The notes: generated from the sequence alone by a model not told the origin. DNA of 64,000 bases from an uncultured Coriobacteriaceae bacterium (GCA_902768975.1 CACXMZ010000003.1:54941-118940), one strand, 5' to 3'. Positions 37,077 through 45,888 are shown, counted from the first letter of the stretch. A program made the numbers and translations.

Positions 37077-38201
37077 TTACTGGCCCTGGTTGGCAGGAGG
37101 CTTAGCCCCTGGACTAGCTGGTGCGTTTGTGGTGGCCGCCCCTGGTGTTGTAGCTGGTGAAGCTGAAGGGGCGGCAGGTGAAGCCGTCGAAGGTGCGCTT
37201 GCAGGACTTTGGCCTGGAGTAGCGGTGCCTGCTTGTGTACCCGTTGGGGTCAGGCGCATGTAGCCTGGCGTGGGCGCACCAACGCGTACATCGCTCGAAG
37301 AAGCAACGCGGGGCGTTGGTGAAGTGGTTGGTTGCGCCGCTGGTTGGGCAACCGGCGGCGTTGCCGGCTGTGCCCCTGGGCGTGTTGCCTGCTGAACTAC
37401 TGGCTGCACTGTTAGCCGTGCGGCTGCAGAAGTTTCTTGCTGCGCTGCCGCGCCTGTTGCAGCTTCGGTATGGGCAGGTTCACTCTTGCCCTTCTTCAGC
37501 CCCTGTTCAAACATGAAGGTGTAGTTAGAAGGCTCTTTGGCCACAATACTACCCGCAGCGCGCATGTCTTCAATCTTCTGCAAAAGGGTAGCCATGCCAC
37601 TGTCAAGCGCAGAAAGATAGTCGTTATACCAAACACTGCGAATCTTACCCACCGCCAAGCAAACCGCGGCAACGGCCAGGCCGGCAACGGTGGTGTCGAA
37701 GGCGATAAGCAGTGAACTCGAAAGAATGGTGGGGTCTGCCTGACCAAGTGCCGCAACGCCTGGGCCGAGTGGAATAAGGGTACCCATCAGGCCGAGCATG
37801 GGGCTAATTTTTGCTGCCATGTTGTTGCGGCCCGTAATGCGGTTGTAGTGCGTTTCTTCGGTGTTGACCGTGCGGCGGATAAGCGCGAGCAAGGCGTCGC
37901 CTGGCAAAGTGCGATAGTCATACACGGTTAGCAGAGCGCTCTTTTGGCGATTGAGCAGCTGCGACGACCGAATAACTTCAGGAATGGTATTTTCTTCAGC
38001 TGCCATAAGGGCTGCCAGGAATTCTGGCATGGCCACTTTGAAGTTACGCCGTTCAGTAAAGTATTCCATAAGCACACTGCCAATACAGAACAGGGCATAG
38101 CCTGCGAACAGTAGCAACAGAATAATGTCGGGCACAAGTAAGGCCTGCGCCAGTGCATGAAGTACGTCTGTTAAGGAAGAAAAAGTTGAAAGAAAGTCCA
38201 T
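37077..38201 (-). CDS. MotA/TolQ/ExbB proton-channel family protein with about 150-aa Pro/Ala/Thr-rich C-terminal tail
   Basis: There are three TM segments. The channel signature ISPMLGLMGTLIPLG...LLIAFDTTVAGLAVAAVCLAVGKIR resembles ExbB/TolQ (LGLLGTV...AL.TTA.GL.VAIP). The tail is low complexity (AQPATPPVAQPAAQPTTSPTP...). Confidence 0.75.
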   Translation of the reverse strand: MDFLSTFSSLTDVLHALAQALLVPDIILLLLFAGYALFCIGSVLMEYFTERRNFKVAMPEFLAALMAAEENTIPEVIRSSQLLNRQKSALLTVYDYRTLPGDALLALIRRTVNTEETHYNRITGRNNMAAKISPMLGLMGTLIPLGPGVAALGQADPTILSSSLLIAFDTTVAGLAVAAVCLAVGKIRSVWYNDYLSALDSGMATLLQKIEDMRAAGSIVAKEPSNYTFMFEQGLKKGKSEPAHTEAATGAAAQQETSAAARLTVQPVVQQATRPGAQPATPPVAQPAAQPTTSPTPRVASSSDVRVGAPTPGYMRLTPTGTQAGTATPGQSPASAPSTASPAAPSASPATTPGAATTNAPASPGAKPPANQGQ

Positions 38202-38448
38202 TACGTTCCCCTCGGTTATTTACATTTCCTTTATTGTACCGCTCGGGGCTTATAAGTGTCTTATTTGTGGCGTAGTCTTCACGTTCTTGTACCAGCTTGT
38301 TACTTTTTGTTTTCGCAGTAAACGAAAAGTCACTACATGTCGAACAAAAAATCATTACAAAATGAAAAAAGCCTTGTTAAATGTGACATTGTTGCATTCT
38401 TTGGGGCGTGCGACGTGCGATAATAAGCACAAAGAGAAAGGAAGAACC

Positions 38449-38691
38449 ATGACTTTTGACAACATGTATCTGTATGTACTGCCCGGCTGCCCGTTTTGCG
38501 CTAAGGTCGACCGCTTTATGAACAATGTCGGCATTGAAATGGAGCATCGCGACGCGAGCGACCAAGCCATTGCCGACGAACTGGTGGCCTTGGGCGGCAA
38601 GCTGCAGTGCCCATGCCTCGTGGTGGACGACAAACCCATGTATGAATCCATGGATATTATCAATTACCTGAACGAACAGATTAAGAAATAG
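38449..38691 (+). CDS. Glutaredoxin-like small redox protein
   Basis: The 80-aa protein has a CPFC active site (YVLPGCPFCAKV) and the downstream thioredoxin-fold motif (CPCLVVDDKP). An AGAGAAAGGAAG RBS is present. The upstream part of the ORF from 38287 is rejected. Confidence 0.8.
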   Translation: MTFDNMYLYVLPGCPFCAKVDRFMNNVGIEMEHRDASDQAIADELVALGGKLQCPCLVVDDKPMYESMDIINYLNEQIKK

Positions 38692-38725
38692 CACCCTAGG
38701 GAAACCCTATTGCTGAAACGACGAG

Positions 38726-38752
38726 GCCCCGCTCATGCAGCGGGGCTTTTTT
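38726..38752 (+). terminator. Rho-independent terminator after the glutaredoxin-like gene
   Basis: GCCCCGCT-CATGC-AGCGGGGC followed by TTTTTT. Confidence 0.85.
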
Positions 38753-38822
38753 GTGGGAAAGAAGCAGGGCGGGGTTCAATCTAGTATTATGAGCAGGTAT
38801 TTTTTTCGCAAAGGAAAACCAT

Positions 38823-39131
38823 ATGAGTGAACATGTAACTGAACAGGACGTGCGGCGCATTGCTGAATATGCGCGCATTGGTTTAACGGACGACGAACTG
38901 CCGCAAATGACGGCGGATCTGAATTCCATTATCGACAGCCTGAAGCCCATTACTGAATACGACCTCGAAGGCGTGGAGCCAACCTTTCATCCCATTGGCG
39001 ACTTGTCAAACGTCATGCGCGAAGACGTGGAAGGCACAAGCTTTACGCAGGCTGAAGCGCTTTCCAACGCGCCAGCTAAGGAGAATGGTAGCTTTCTTAT
39101 TCCGTCCATTCTGGGCGGGGGTGATGCCTAA
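38823..39131 (+). CDS. gatC: Glutamyl/aspartyl-tRNA amidotransferase subunit C
   Basis: It has the typical GatC size and motifs (VRRIAEYARIGLTDDEL...DL..I). Confidence 0.9.
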   Translation: MSEHVTEQDVRRIAEYARIGLTDDELPQMTADLNSIIDSLKPITEYDLEGVEPTFHPIGDLSNVMREDVEGTSFTQAEALSNAPAKENGSFLIPSILGGGDA

Positions 39132-40627
39132 TGGCTTCCTTCGACTATTCCGCACTTACGGTTGATGGCATTCGTGCCGGCCTCGCCGCAGGCGACTTTA
39201 GCGCGCGCGAAATTGCCGAAGCAGCTCTTGCGCGCATTGAAGCGGCAGATGCCAAGGTGAATGCCTTTTTGCAGCTTATTCCCGACGCTGCCCTTGCGGC
39301 GGCAGATGCAGTGGACGCAGCCGTGGCAGCGGGTAAGTTGAATGAGCTCGGCCCCTTGGCGGGCGTGCCCGTTGGTTTCAAGGACAACATGAACCTGCTG
39401 GGTACGCGCACCACCTGCGGTTCCCACATGCTAGAAAACTATGAAAGCATGTATACGGCAACCTGCGTGCAGCGCTTGCTGGATGCGGGTGGTTTGCCCA
39501 TGGGCAAGTTGAATATGGATGAATTTGCTTTCGGTTCTTCAACGGAAACAAGTGCCTTTGGTACAACGAAAAACCCTTGGGACTTGGAGCGTGTTCCCGG
39601 TGGGTCTTCGGGCGGCAGTGCTGCCGCGGTGGCCGCTGGCATGCTGCCTATAACACTCGGCTCCGACACGGGTGGCTCCATTCGCCAGCCAGCAAGCTTC
39701 TGCGGTGTCGTGGGCGTGAAGCCAACGTATGGCCTGGTCAGCCGCTATGGCGTGGTGGCCTTTGGTTCTTCCTTGGACCAGGTAGGCCCCTTTGCGCGCA
39801 CGGTGCGTGACGCTGCTCTTGCTATGAACGCTCTGGTGGGGCACGACCCACTCGACTGCACGAGCCAGCCTTGCACAACCGACTTTACGGCCAATCTGGA
39901 GCAGGGCGTGGAAGGCATGCGCATTGGCGTAGTCCCTGAATTTATGACCGCCCAGGGCCTGGAACCCGAAGTGGGTGAAGCGGTCCTGGACGCTATTCAG
40001 AAATTGGCGTCTGCCGGTGCCGAAATCGTAGAAGTGGACCTGCCGAATGCAGCTGCGGCCATGAGCGCCTATTACGTCATTGGTCCGAGCGAAGCCTTCA
40101 GCAATTTGAGCCGTTTCGACAGCGTACGCTATGGTTTGTGCGACCCCGGCCATGCCGACTTGGGTAGTCAATATGAAGCGAGCCGCAGCAGAGGTTTTGG
40201 GCCTGAAGCGCGCCGCCGCATTATGCTGGGTAGCTACCTGCTTTCGGCGGGCGTCTATGACACCTATTACTATCCCGCCCAGCAGGTGCGCACCCTCATT
40301 ACCGACGACTACCGCATGGCCTTTGGCGAATGCGACTGCATCCTGGCGCCGGCCAGCCCGCGTACCGCCTTTAAGTTTGGCGAAATCACGGACCCCACAA
40401 CCATGCACCTGTCCGACATTTTCACCATCAGCATTAACATTGCGGGTAATGGTGGCATGAGCGTGCCGCTTGGCTTGGGCAAGGACTCGAAGCTGCCCGT
40501 AAGTGCCCAGCTCATTTGCCCTTGGTTCCAGGACGAAAACATGCTGCGCGTGGCTGCCGCCCTTGAACGCGAATATGGGGCAGCAGAACTTCCCCCTGCC
40601 TTCGCCAGCGGAAGGGCAGGTGAATAG
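39131..40627 (+). CDS. gatA: Glutamyl/aspartyl-tRNA amidotransferase subunit A
   Basis: The amidase signature GGSSGGSAAAVAAG...GSDTGGSIRQPA is present. TAATG overlaps gatC. Confidence 0.95.
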   Translation: MASFDYSALTVDGIRAGLAAGDFSAREIAEAALARIEAADAKVNAFLQLIPDAALAAADAVDAAVAAGKLNELGPLAGVPVGFKDNMNLLGTRTTCGSHMLENYESMYTATCVQRLLDAGGLPMGKLNMDEFAFGSSTETSAFGTTKNPWDLERVPGGSSGGSAAAVAAGMLPITLGSDTGGSIRQPASFCGVVGVKPTYGLVSRYGVVAFGSSLDQVGPFARTVRDAALAMNALVGHDPLDCTSQPCTTDFTANLEQGVEGMRIGVVPEFMTAQGLEPEVGEAVLDAIQKLASAGAEIVEVDLPNAAAAMSAYYVIGPSEAFSNLSRFDSVRYGLCDPGHADLGSQYEASRSRGFGPEARRRIMLGSYLLSAGVYDTYYYPAQQVRTLITDDYRMAFGECDCILAPASPRTAFKFGEITDPTTMHLSDIFTISINIAGNGGMSVPLGLGKDSKLPVSAQLICPWFQDENMLRVAAALEREYGAAELPPAFASGRAGE

Positions 40628-40628
40628 C

Positions 40629-42206
40629 ATGAAAACTATGGAACAAGTTTTGCAGGACTGGGAAGCGGTCATCGGTTTGGAAATCCATTGCGAACTGACC
40701 GAGCTTGAAACCAAGATGTTCTGTGGCTGCAAATTGGAATTTGGCGCCGAGCCCAACACCCATACTTGCCCGGTATGCCTTGGCCTACCGGGGGCTTTGC
40801 CTGTGCCCAACAAGGCGGCTATCGAAAGCATTGTGCTTGCGGGTTTGGCAACTAATTGCGAAATCGAAAAGCATACGATGTTTTACCGCAAGGGCTATAT
40901 GTACCCCGACATGGCCAAGAATTTCCAGACCACGCAGGGCCCCAAAGCTTTCGCCATGCGTGGCTGGCTGGACCTCGACGTAGACGGCAAGGGCGCTGAA
41001 GAGCGCTTGGACATGCGCGACCTGGCTGTGGGCGAAACGCATGAGTCTGCCACGCGTACCGAAACGGGTTACACCACCCACATTGGCATTACGCGCATTC
41101 ATATGGAAGAAGACGCCGGCAAGATGATCCACGTGGGCGGCGGGGAAGGCCGCATCGACGGTGCCACCCACAGCCTGGTGGACTACAACCGTGCGGGCAC
41201 GCCGCTTATGGAATTGGTCACCGAACCCGACCTGCGTACCCCCGAAGAAGCCCGCCTCTTCATGCAAAAGCTGCGCCAGGTGTACTTGAGCTTGGGTATT
41301 TCGGACTGCAGTCTTGAAGAAGGCTCCATGCGTGCCGACGGCAATATTAGTTTGCGCCGCCGGGGCGAAACGGAATTCGGCACGCGCACCGAAATGAAGA
41401 ACATCAATAGCTTCAAGGCGCTTCACGATGCCTTGGCTTACGAAATTTGCCGCCAGGCTGAAGTCCTGGAAAAGGGCGGCACGGTGGTGCAGGAAACCCG
41501 CCACTGGGACCCAGCTGCCAAGCACACCATTTCCATGCGCGTGAAGGAAACGGCGGACGACTATCGCATGTTCCCCGACCCTGACTTGGCGCCCTACGAC
41601 CTAAGCGACGAATTCATTGAAGGCGTGCGGGCGAAGCTCCCCGAATTGCCCGACCAAAAGGTGGCGCGCTTCCAGCGTTCCTGGGGGCTTTCGGCCTACG
41701 ATGCCCGCCACGTAATCGAACATCGGGAAACCAGCCAGTTCTTTGAAACGGCTATGGCGCAAGCCGGCAGTGAAGCTGAAAAACTTGCAAAACCCCTGGC
41801 TAACCTGGTCATTAACGACTTGACTGCACGCATGAATGCCGACGAAAGCTTCGACCTGGCAAGCTGCGCCTTAACGCCTGCGCGTGCCGTTGAACTGGTG
41901 GCCCTGCAGGCGGCGGACACTATTTCGTCCAAGCAGGCCAAGGAAGTACTTGAAGTGGTGTTTGGAGAAGACAAAGACCCTGCCGCCATCGTGGAAGAAC
42001 GCGGCATGAAGCAAGTGTCCGACACGGGCGCCATCGAAGCGGTGGTCGACGCGGTCCTGGCAGCCAATCCCGAAAAGGTAGCGGAATACCAGGGCGGCAA
42101 GACAGGCCTGCTCGGCTTCTTCGTGGGCCAGTGCATGAAAGAAATGAAAGGGCAGGGCAACCCCAAGCTTATCAATCAGCTTCTGGAAGAAAAGCTATCG
42201 AGTTAA
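40629..42206 (+). CDS. gatB: Glutamyl/aspartyl-tRNA amidotransferase subunit B
   Basis: WEAVIGLEIHCEL...KMFCGC and DYNRAGTPLMELVTEPD are present, with a C-terminal GatB/YqeY domain. The start is set at ATG 40629, 1 nt after the gatA stop. Confidence 0.95.
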   Translation: MKTMEQVLQDWEAVIGLEIHCELTELETKMFCGCKLEFGAEPNTHTCPVCLGLPGALPVPNKAAIESIVLAGLATNCEIEKHTMFYRKGYMYPDMAKNFQTTQGPKAFAMRGWLDLDVDGKGAEERLDMRDLAVGETHESATRTETGYTTHIGITRIHMEEDAGKMIHVGGGEGRIDGATHSLVDYNRAGTPLMELVTEPDLRTPEEARLFMQKLRQVYLSLGISDCSLEEGSMRADGNISLRRRGETEFGTRTEMKNINSFKALHDALAYEICRQAEVLEKGGTVVQETRHWDPAAKHTISMRVKETADDYRMFPDPDLAPYDLSDEFIEGVRAKLPELPDQKVARFQRSWGLSAYDARHVIEHRETSQFFETAMAQAGSEAEKLAKPLANLVINDLTARMNADESFDLASCALTPARAVELVALQAADTISSKQAKEVLEVVFGEDKDPAAIVEERGMKQVSDTGAIEAVVDAVLAANPEKVAEYQGGKTGLLGFFVGQCMKEMKGQGNPKLINQLLEEKLSS

Positions 42207-42232
42207 TATGGCAAAATGGATACAATACCAGC

Positions 42233-42766
42233 ATGAATATGGACTACGAAAAAACTATGCCTGAAGACCTGCGCGCATATTTACACGCCGCCCGTGGGGC
42301 AAGGCGCATTACTTCCCTGGTGGGGCTTGTGGCTCTTGCGCTAATCGTGCTTGCTTTACTTCTTACTGGTTGCGGGGGTGGCGGCGCTGCTTCGGGCAAT
42401 GAACGCGGAATAAGCTACGACGGTGAACTCAAGGTTGAATTGGTTGAAAACGAGCTCGACGGTGTGACCGTGCGCTTTACCAACACCGACGAAAAAATGA
42501 GCAACATCTTTATTGTGCGCCGCGTTGAATTCGACGGTTATGCGGCACTCGTGGAAGACGACCGCGTTACATCAACTGTCAACAGCAATAAAGACGGCGA
42601 AGACGGTTTCTTCTTTGATCTTGCGCCTGGCGAAAGTGTGGACGCCACCTACTATCTGGACAAGCAGACCTGCGTTTCACTTGTGCTTTTGTGTAGCGAA
42701 ACGCTCTACGTTGAAGGCGGCACGCCCTACCAATACGACGACCTGCGCCTGGAAGCCCACGCCTAA
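42233..42766 (+). CDS. Hypothetical lipoprotein
   Basis: The signal and lipobox LLLTGCGGGG are present, but I recognise no family. The start is set at ATG 42233, because the ORF upstream of it overlaps gatB. Confidence 0.55.
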   Translation: MNMDYEKTMPEDLRAYLHAARGARRITSLVGLVALALIVLALLLTGCGGGGAASGNERGISYDGELKVELVENELDGVTVRFTNTDEKMSNIFIVRRVEFDGYAALVEDDRVTSTVNSNKDGEDGFFFDLAPGESVDATYYLDKQTCVSLVLLCSETLYVEGGTPYQYDDLRLEAHA

Positions 42767-42807
42767 TTTAACAACTAAGATTCCTGTCGCTCTTCGCCGA
42801 CGAGGTC

Positions 42808-45564
42808 TTATTCGTCATTCAGCTTTCTGCGTCGTGCAGCTACGAGCGCGCAGACCAAGGCTACCATGGCTAAGCCTGCAAGGGCTCCCATTTCTTGCGG
42901 GCCGATGGCATCCGCCGTCCCAGCAGTCGTCTTGCTTGGCGTTGCTTTCTTAATCTTGGGAATGGGCCGCGTTTCCTTATGGCTGGGGTCGTGTTCGCAC
43001 ACGCGGGTTTCTTCACCTTCGGCCGTCGTGGTCGGCTCCTTCGTTACCTTCCAGGGGCCCCACTTGTGGCCATGTGCCTTAATGACCGTGTCGCCGAGGT
43101 CGATTTCCTGGGCCGCCTTTTCGTCGGCGAAGTATATACCGCATATGCTGCACTGCCAGTATTCGGTATGGCCGTCTTCGGTGCAAGTTTCCGGAACAGC
43201 TTCCGTGTGCACAAGCTGGTGCAGATGCGCGGGGTAGGCACTGTCTTTGGCCAGCATCCAAGCCAGGTAGTCTTCGTTGTAGTGGGCCGAAGAAACCTTG
43301 TTTGCCTGCGCAATGAGGGTGGACGCCGTGCGCATGTTGTTTTCCGTGCTGAAGGGCGCGCCTTCGGTGTAGAGGACGAGGTACATGAGCAAGCGCCTCA
43401 GCTGGGTCACATGGTCGCGCATGGTGGTGAAGTGGTTCTGAATGTCCTGGTAGTAGGGGCTTCCGGCGTCATAGCGCCCTGAATTCAGAATGGTCGTTTC
43501 AGCTTGGTTGAGGACCGCTGTCATCCCTAAATCAGCTGCATCATTGATGTCTGTAGCTCCTTCGGGTGCCAAAAGCGTAGTGAGAACACCAATTATTTCG
43601 CTGGCAGCATGCGTTCCGCCATCGGCCAAAGCGTCAACGATAGGCTTATATTTTTTGTCGGAAAGAAGAGAGCCAATTAAACCATAGATGGTCACGCGCA
43701 TCTCATGGGCTTTTTCGGGTGTTCCAGGTTGTTCTTTGTCGCCATCACCATAGATACAGGGTTTTAGTAGTTGGTACAGAGCCACGCGTGCCGTCTTAAG
43801 GCCTTCTTCAGTTGAAGGATCTATGCCACCGCCAGAAAGATTGGCGAGCGCTTTGGCAAGAGCATCGTAGACCATGCCCACTGCTTTTGAGCTAAAGGAA
43901 ACATCGACCGGAGAAGTGCCGTCGTACACCGGATTGCTGCCGTTACCAAGCCACTTCAATGCCAGGTAGATTGCGTCGTCCACCGTGGGTTTGGCTGGTG
44001 CTTTTTCTCCCGTGATGTATTCGAGGGCGTCTATCAGTGCTGCAGCAGCGGCCTCGTTTTCGTCAGTGATGCCCCGTTCTTCTGCCAGGCGTTCCGCCGC
44101 GTAGGCCAGGTAGCTAAACACTACAGCCTTAATGGTGTTGGCACGAGCACCTTCGGGTTGTTCGGGCGCCCAGACATCAAGCGTGGCTAACAACTTTTCA
44201 TTCATGCCAAAGACACCCGCAAGTGCTGTGAGCGTGTCTTGCCAGCCCCCATTGGCGTATTCCGTGTGCGTAGGGGCATGGTAAATGAGTGCTTTAACGC
44301 GCTGCGCAAAAAACTGCGCCTGTGTGATGCCGCTTGCGGGGGGATTGGGGTCGTCAATAAACGAAAGGCTTTGAATGTCGAAGGTCTTGTAGCCAAAGAT
44401 GGTTTCATCGCCTGGCTTTATAGGAGGGTCGCTACTTTCGTTGCCCACATAAGCGATATAGGCAAAGGGGTCCAGGTCCGCGAGCGCTGCCAGGTAAGCT
44501 TCGCGGCTGCCATCGGTGAGTTCGAAGTAATTGCCAAAATGGGTAAAGCCCCAGCTCGATGGGGGGAGAAGCGTAATAAGGTCGAAATCGGGGACGGTGT
44601 TATGAATGCCGGCAAAGGGGCCTTCATGAGGGCTGATGCCTTCACCTGCGTCAGCACCCGTGTATGGCGCGGCGTCGCCCGGCGTGTCATTTTCGTAGCG
44701 CGCGTCTTGGCTGGTGCGGGGGCCGCCTTCCACGGAAAGCAGATCAGCCTTGGTGGCGCCAGATTCCAGCACGTTGGTCGGGGTGGCAAAGGTGTAAGCG
44801 TAGACGTTTTCGGGTGCCACGGTAACGCCGTTCAGGTAATGGCTGGCTCCACCGGCTGCGAAGAAGGCACCAACAAGGTTTGCCAGCGCGCCGCCGCGGC
44901 TGTGCCCGCAGGTCCATACCTTTATGTCGCCAGCAATTCCATGCTCAGACACATACTGCTTCACAAAACGCAGGATTTCGTCGCGGCCAGCCTTGAAACC
45001 TTGGTGGATGCTGCCACTGCCTACGGTGAAGTTGCCATCCCATTCCTGCTTGTAGCCAGCACTGCGCGGAACAATAGCGAGCACGGTGTATTCTTCACCA
45101 GTTTTGGGGTCCTTGATAGTCTTGTGCCCCACCGCCACGCCAGTTGTGTTGGGCATATTTTCCAGGTTATATTCGGCGTTTACGGCCACGTCTTCAAAAG
45201 CAAGCGCTTCGAGGAAGGGAATAACATTCTTGCTGTTGTTGGTATTGTCGCGTTCGTCGGCTGCGGGGTAATAGCTGGTAGACGTTTCGCACGCGATGGC
45301 CGAAAGCGTAGCAAGATGCTGGTTGAAGGTGCTTGCCGGACCCATGAACCATTCGTCGTTATAGGCGAAGGTGTGGGTACGTTCAACGGAAGGCCCGCCA
45401 GGGGTAAAGCCTTCGTTGGAAACAAAGGTGTATTCACCTACGATGGTGGAGCAGTTGGTTTGCGGATTGGCTTCATGGGTCGCAAATGCTGCCGCCGGGA
45501 AAAGGCCAACAACGAGTACGAAAGCAATAAAAAGGTGCAGGCTGCGTTTAATAGTGTGTTTCAT
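42808..45564 (-). CDS. Large secreted class-3-lipase-domain (alpha/beta hydrolase) protein with Cys-rich module and C-terminal membrane anchor
   Basis: After the signal peptide comes the nucleophile elbow VWTCGHSRGGALANLVG (GHSxG). The C-terminal Cys/His-rich segment is CTEDGHTEYWQCSICG...GHKWG...RVCEHD. A TM plus RRRK tail ends the protein. Confidence 0.7.
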   Translation of the reverse strand: MKHTIKRSLHLFIAFVLVVGLFPAAAFATHEANPQTNCSTIVGEYTFVSNEGFTPGGPSVERTHTFAYNDEWFMGPASTFNQHLATLSAIACETSTSYYPAADERDNTNNSKNVIPFLEALAFEDVAVNAEYNLENMPNTTGVAVGHKTIKDPKTGEEYTVLAIVPRSAGYKQEWDGNFTVGSGSIHQGFKAGRDEILRFVKQYVSEHGIAGDIKVWTCGHSRGGALANLVGAFFAAGGASHYLNGVTVAPENVYAYTFATPTNVLESGATKADLLSVEGGPRTSQDARYENDTPGDAAPYTGADAGEGISPHEGPFAGIHNTVPDFDLITLLPPSSWGFTHFGNYFELTDGSREAYLAALADLDPFAYIAYVGNESSDPPIKPGDETIFGYKTFDIQSLSFIDDPNPPASGITQAQFFAQRVKALIYHAPTHTEYANGGWQDTLTALAGVFGMNEKLLATLDVWAPEQPEGARANTIKAVVFSYLAYAAERLAEERGITDENEAAAAALIDALEYITGEKAPAKPTVDDAIYLALKWLGNGSNPVYDGTSPVDVSFSSKAVGMVYDALAKALANLSGGGIDPSTEEGLKTARVALYQLLKPCIYGDGDKEQPGTPEKAHEMRVTIYGLIGSLLSDKKYKPIVDALADGGTHAASEIIGVLTTLLAPEGATDINDAADLGMTAVLNQAETTILNSGRYDAGSPYYQDIQNHFTTMRDHVTQLRRLLMYLVLYTEGAPFSTENNMRTASTLIAQANKVSSAHYNEDYLAWMLAKDSAYPAHLHQLVHTEAVPETCTEDGHTEYWQCSICGIYFADEKAAQEIDLGDTVIKAHGHKWGPWKVTKEPTTTAEGEETRVCEHDPSHKETRPIPKIKKATPSKTTAGTADAIGPQEMGALAGLAMVALVCALVAARRRKLNDE

Positions 45565-45653
45565 TTAAGCCCCTTTATAAAATTTGTTGCAGATATTATA
45601 CGTGAAAGCCTGCGAAAAAGCCTGTTTCGCTTCAATAAGAGAATGCCACCAGC

Positions 45654-45776
45654 AAAACAGGCGGGAGCCGCATCAAAGGCAGGGAATATTGTCCTATAAC
45701 CCTATTGTTCAAAAGAGAAGAGTCCTGTTTCAAAGACGGGGGAATCCTGAAGACAGGGGGTCCCAAAGGCAGGGGA
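45654..45776. repeat. Five dispersed or tandem copies of a purine-rich motif AAARRCAGG(C)GGGA in the divergent region upstream of the his operon
   Basis: AAAACAGGCGGGAG is at 45654, AAAGGCAGGGA at 45675, AAAGACGGGGGA at 45732, GAAGACAGGGGG at 45749 and AAAGGCAGGGGA at 45765. The last three are spaced 16-17 nt apart. Confidence 0.55.
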
Positions 45777-45805
45777 GCGTTGTCTTAAGTGAAGAGTTTG
45801 TGACT

Positions 45806-45841
45806 GCTATACTTTAGCACTCTACTGTGCTAAAGTATAGC
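45806..45841. promoter_or_regulatory. Perfect 15-bp inverted repeat (candidate operator) 47 nt upstream of hisZG
   Basis: GCTATACTTTAGCAC-TCTACT-GTGCTAAAGTATAGC has no flanking T-run on either strand. Its half-site TTAGCAC resembles CIRCE but with N6 spacing. Confidence 0.55.
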
Positions 45842-45888
45842 GCGTTATCCATTGGTACAATAGGCAGGTTGAAAAGGAACGAAACGAA

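Noticed and set aside
36765-38201. Zorya-type anti-phage system (ZorA/ZorB), because of the MotA-like protein with a long tail.
   Set aside because: The partner is a 100-aa ExbD/TolR-like protein without an OmpA/MotB peptidoglycan-binding domain. No ZorC/D/E-like helicase or nuclease genes follow. The third gene is instead a secreted surface protein, and the tail is Pro-rich low complexity rather than a long coiled coil.
38287-38448. N-terminal 54 codons of the track ORF 38287-38691.
   Set aside because: The glutaredoxin-like domain starts at Met55, which has a strong RBS (AGAGAAAGGAAG). The upstream part is Lys/Arg/Cys-rich with no signal-peptide character and lies in an AT-rich promoter region shared with the divergent MotA-like operon.
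45584-45817. 77-aa ORF in the lipase/hisZG divergent region.
   Set aside because: It has no RBS, and its composition is driven by the purine-rich repeats (translated as QRQG/RRG). It overlaps the repeat array and the palindrome and is interpreted as regulatory DNA.
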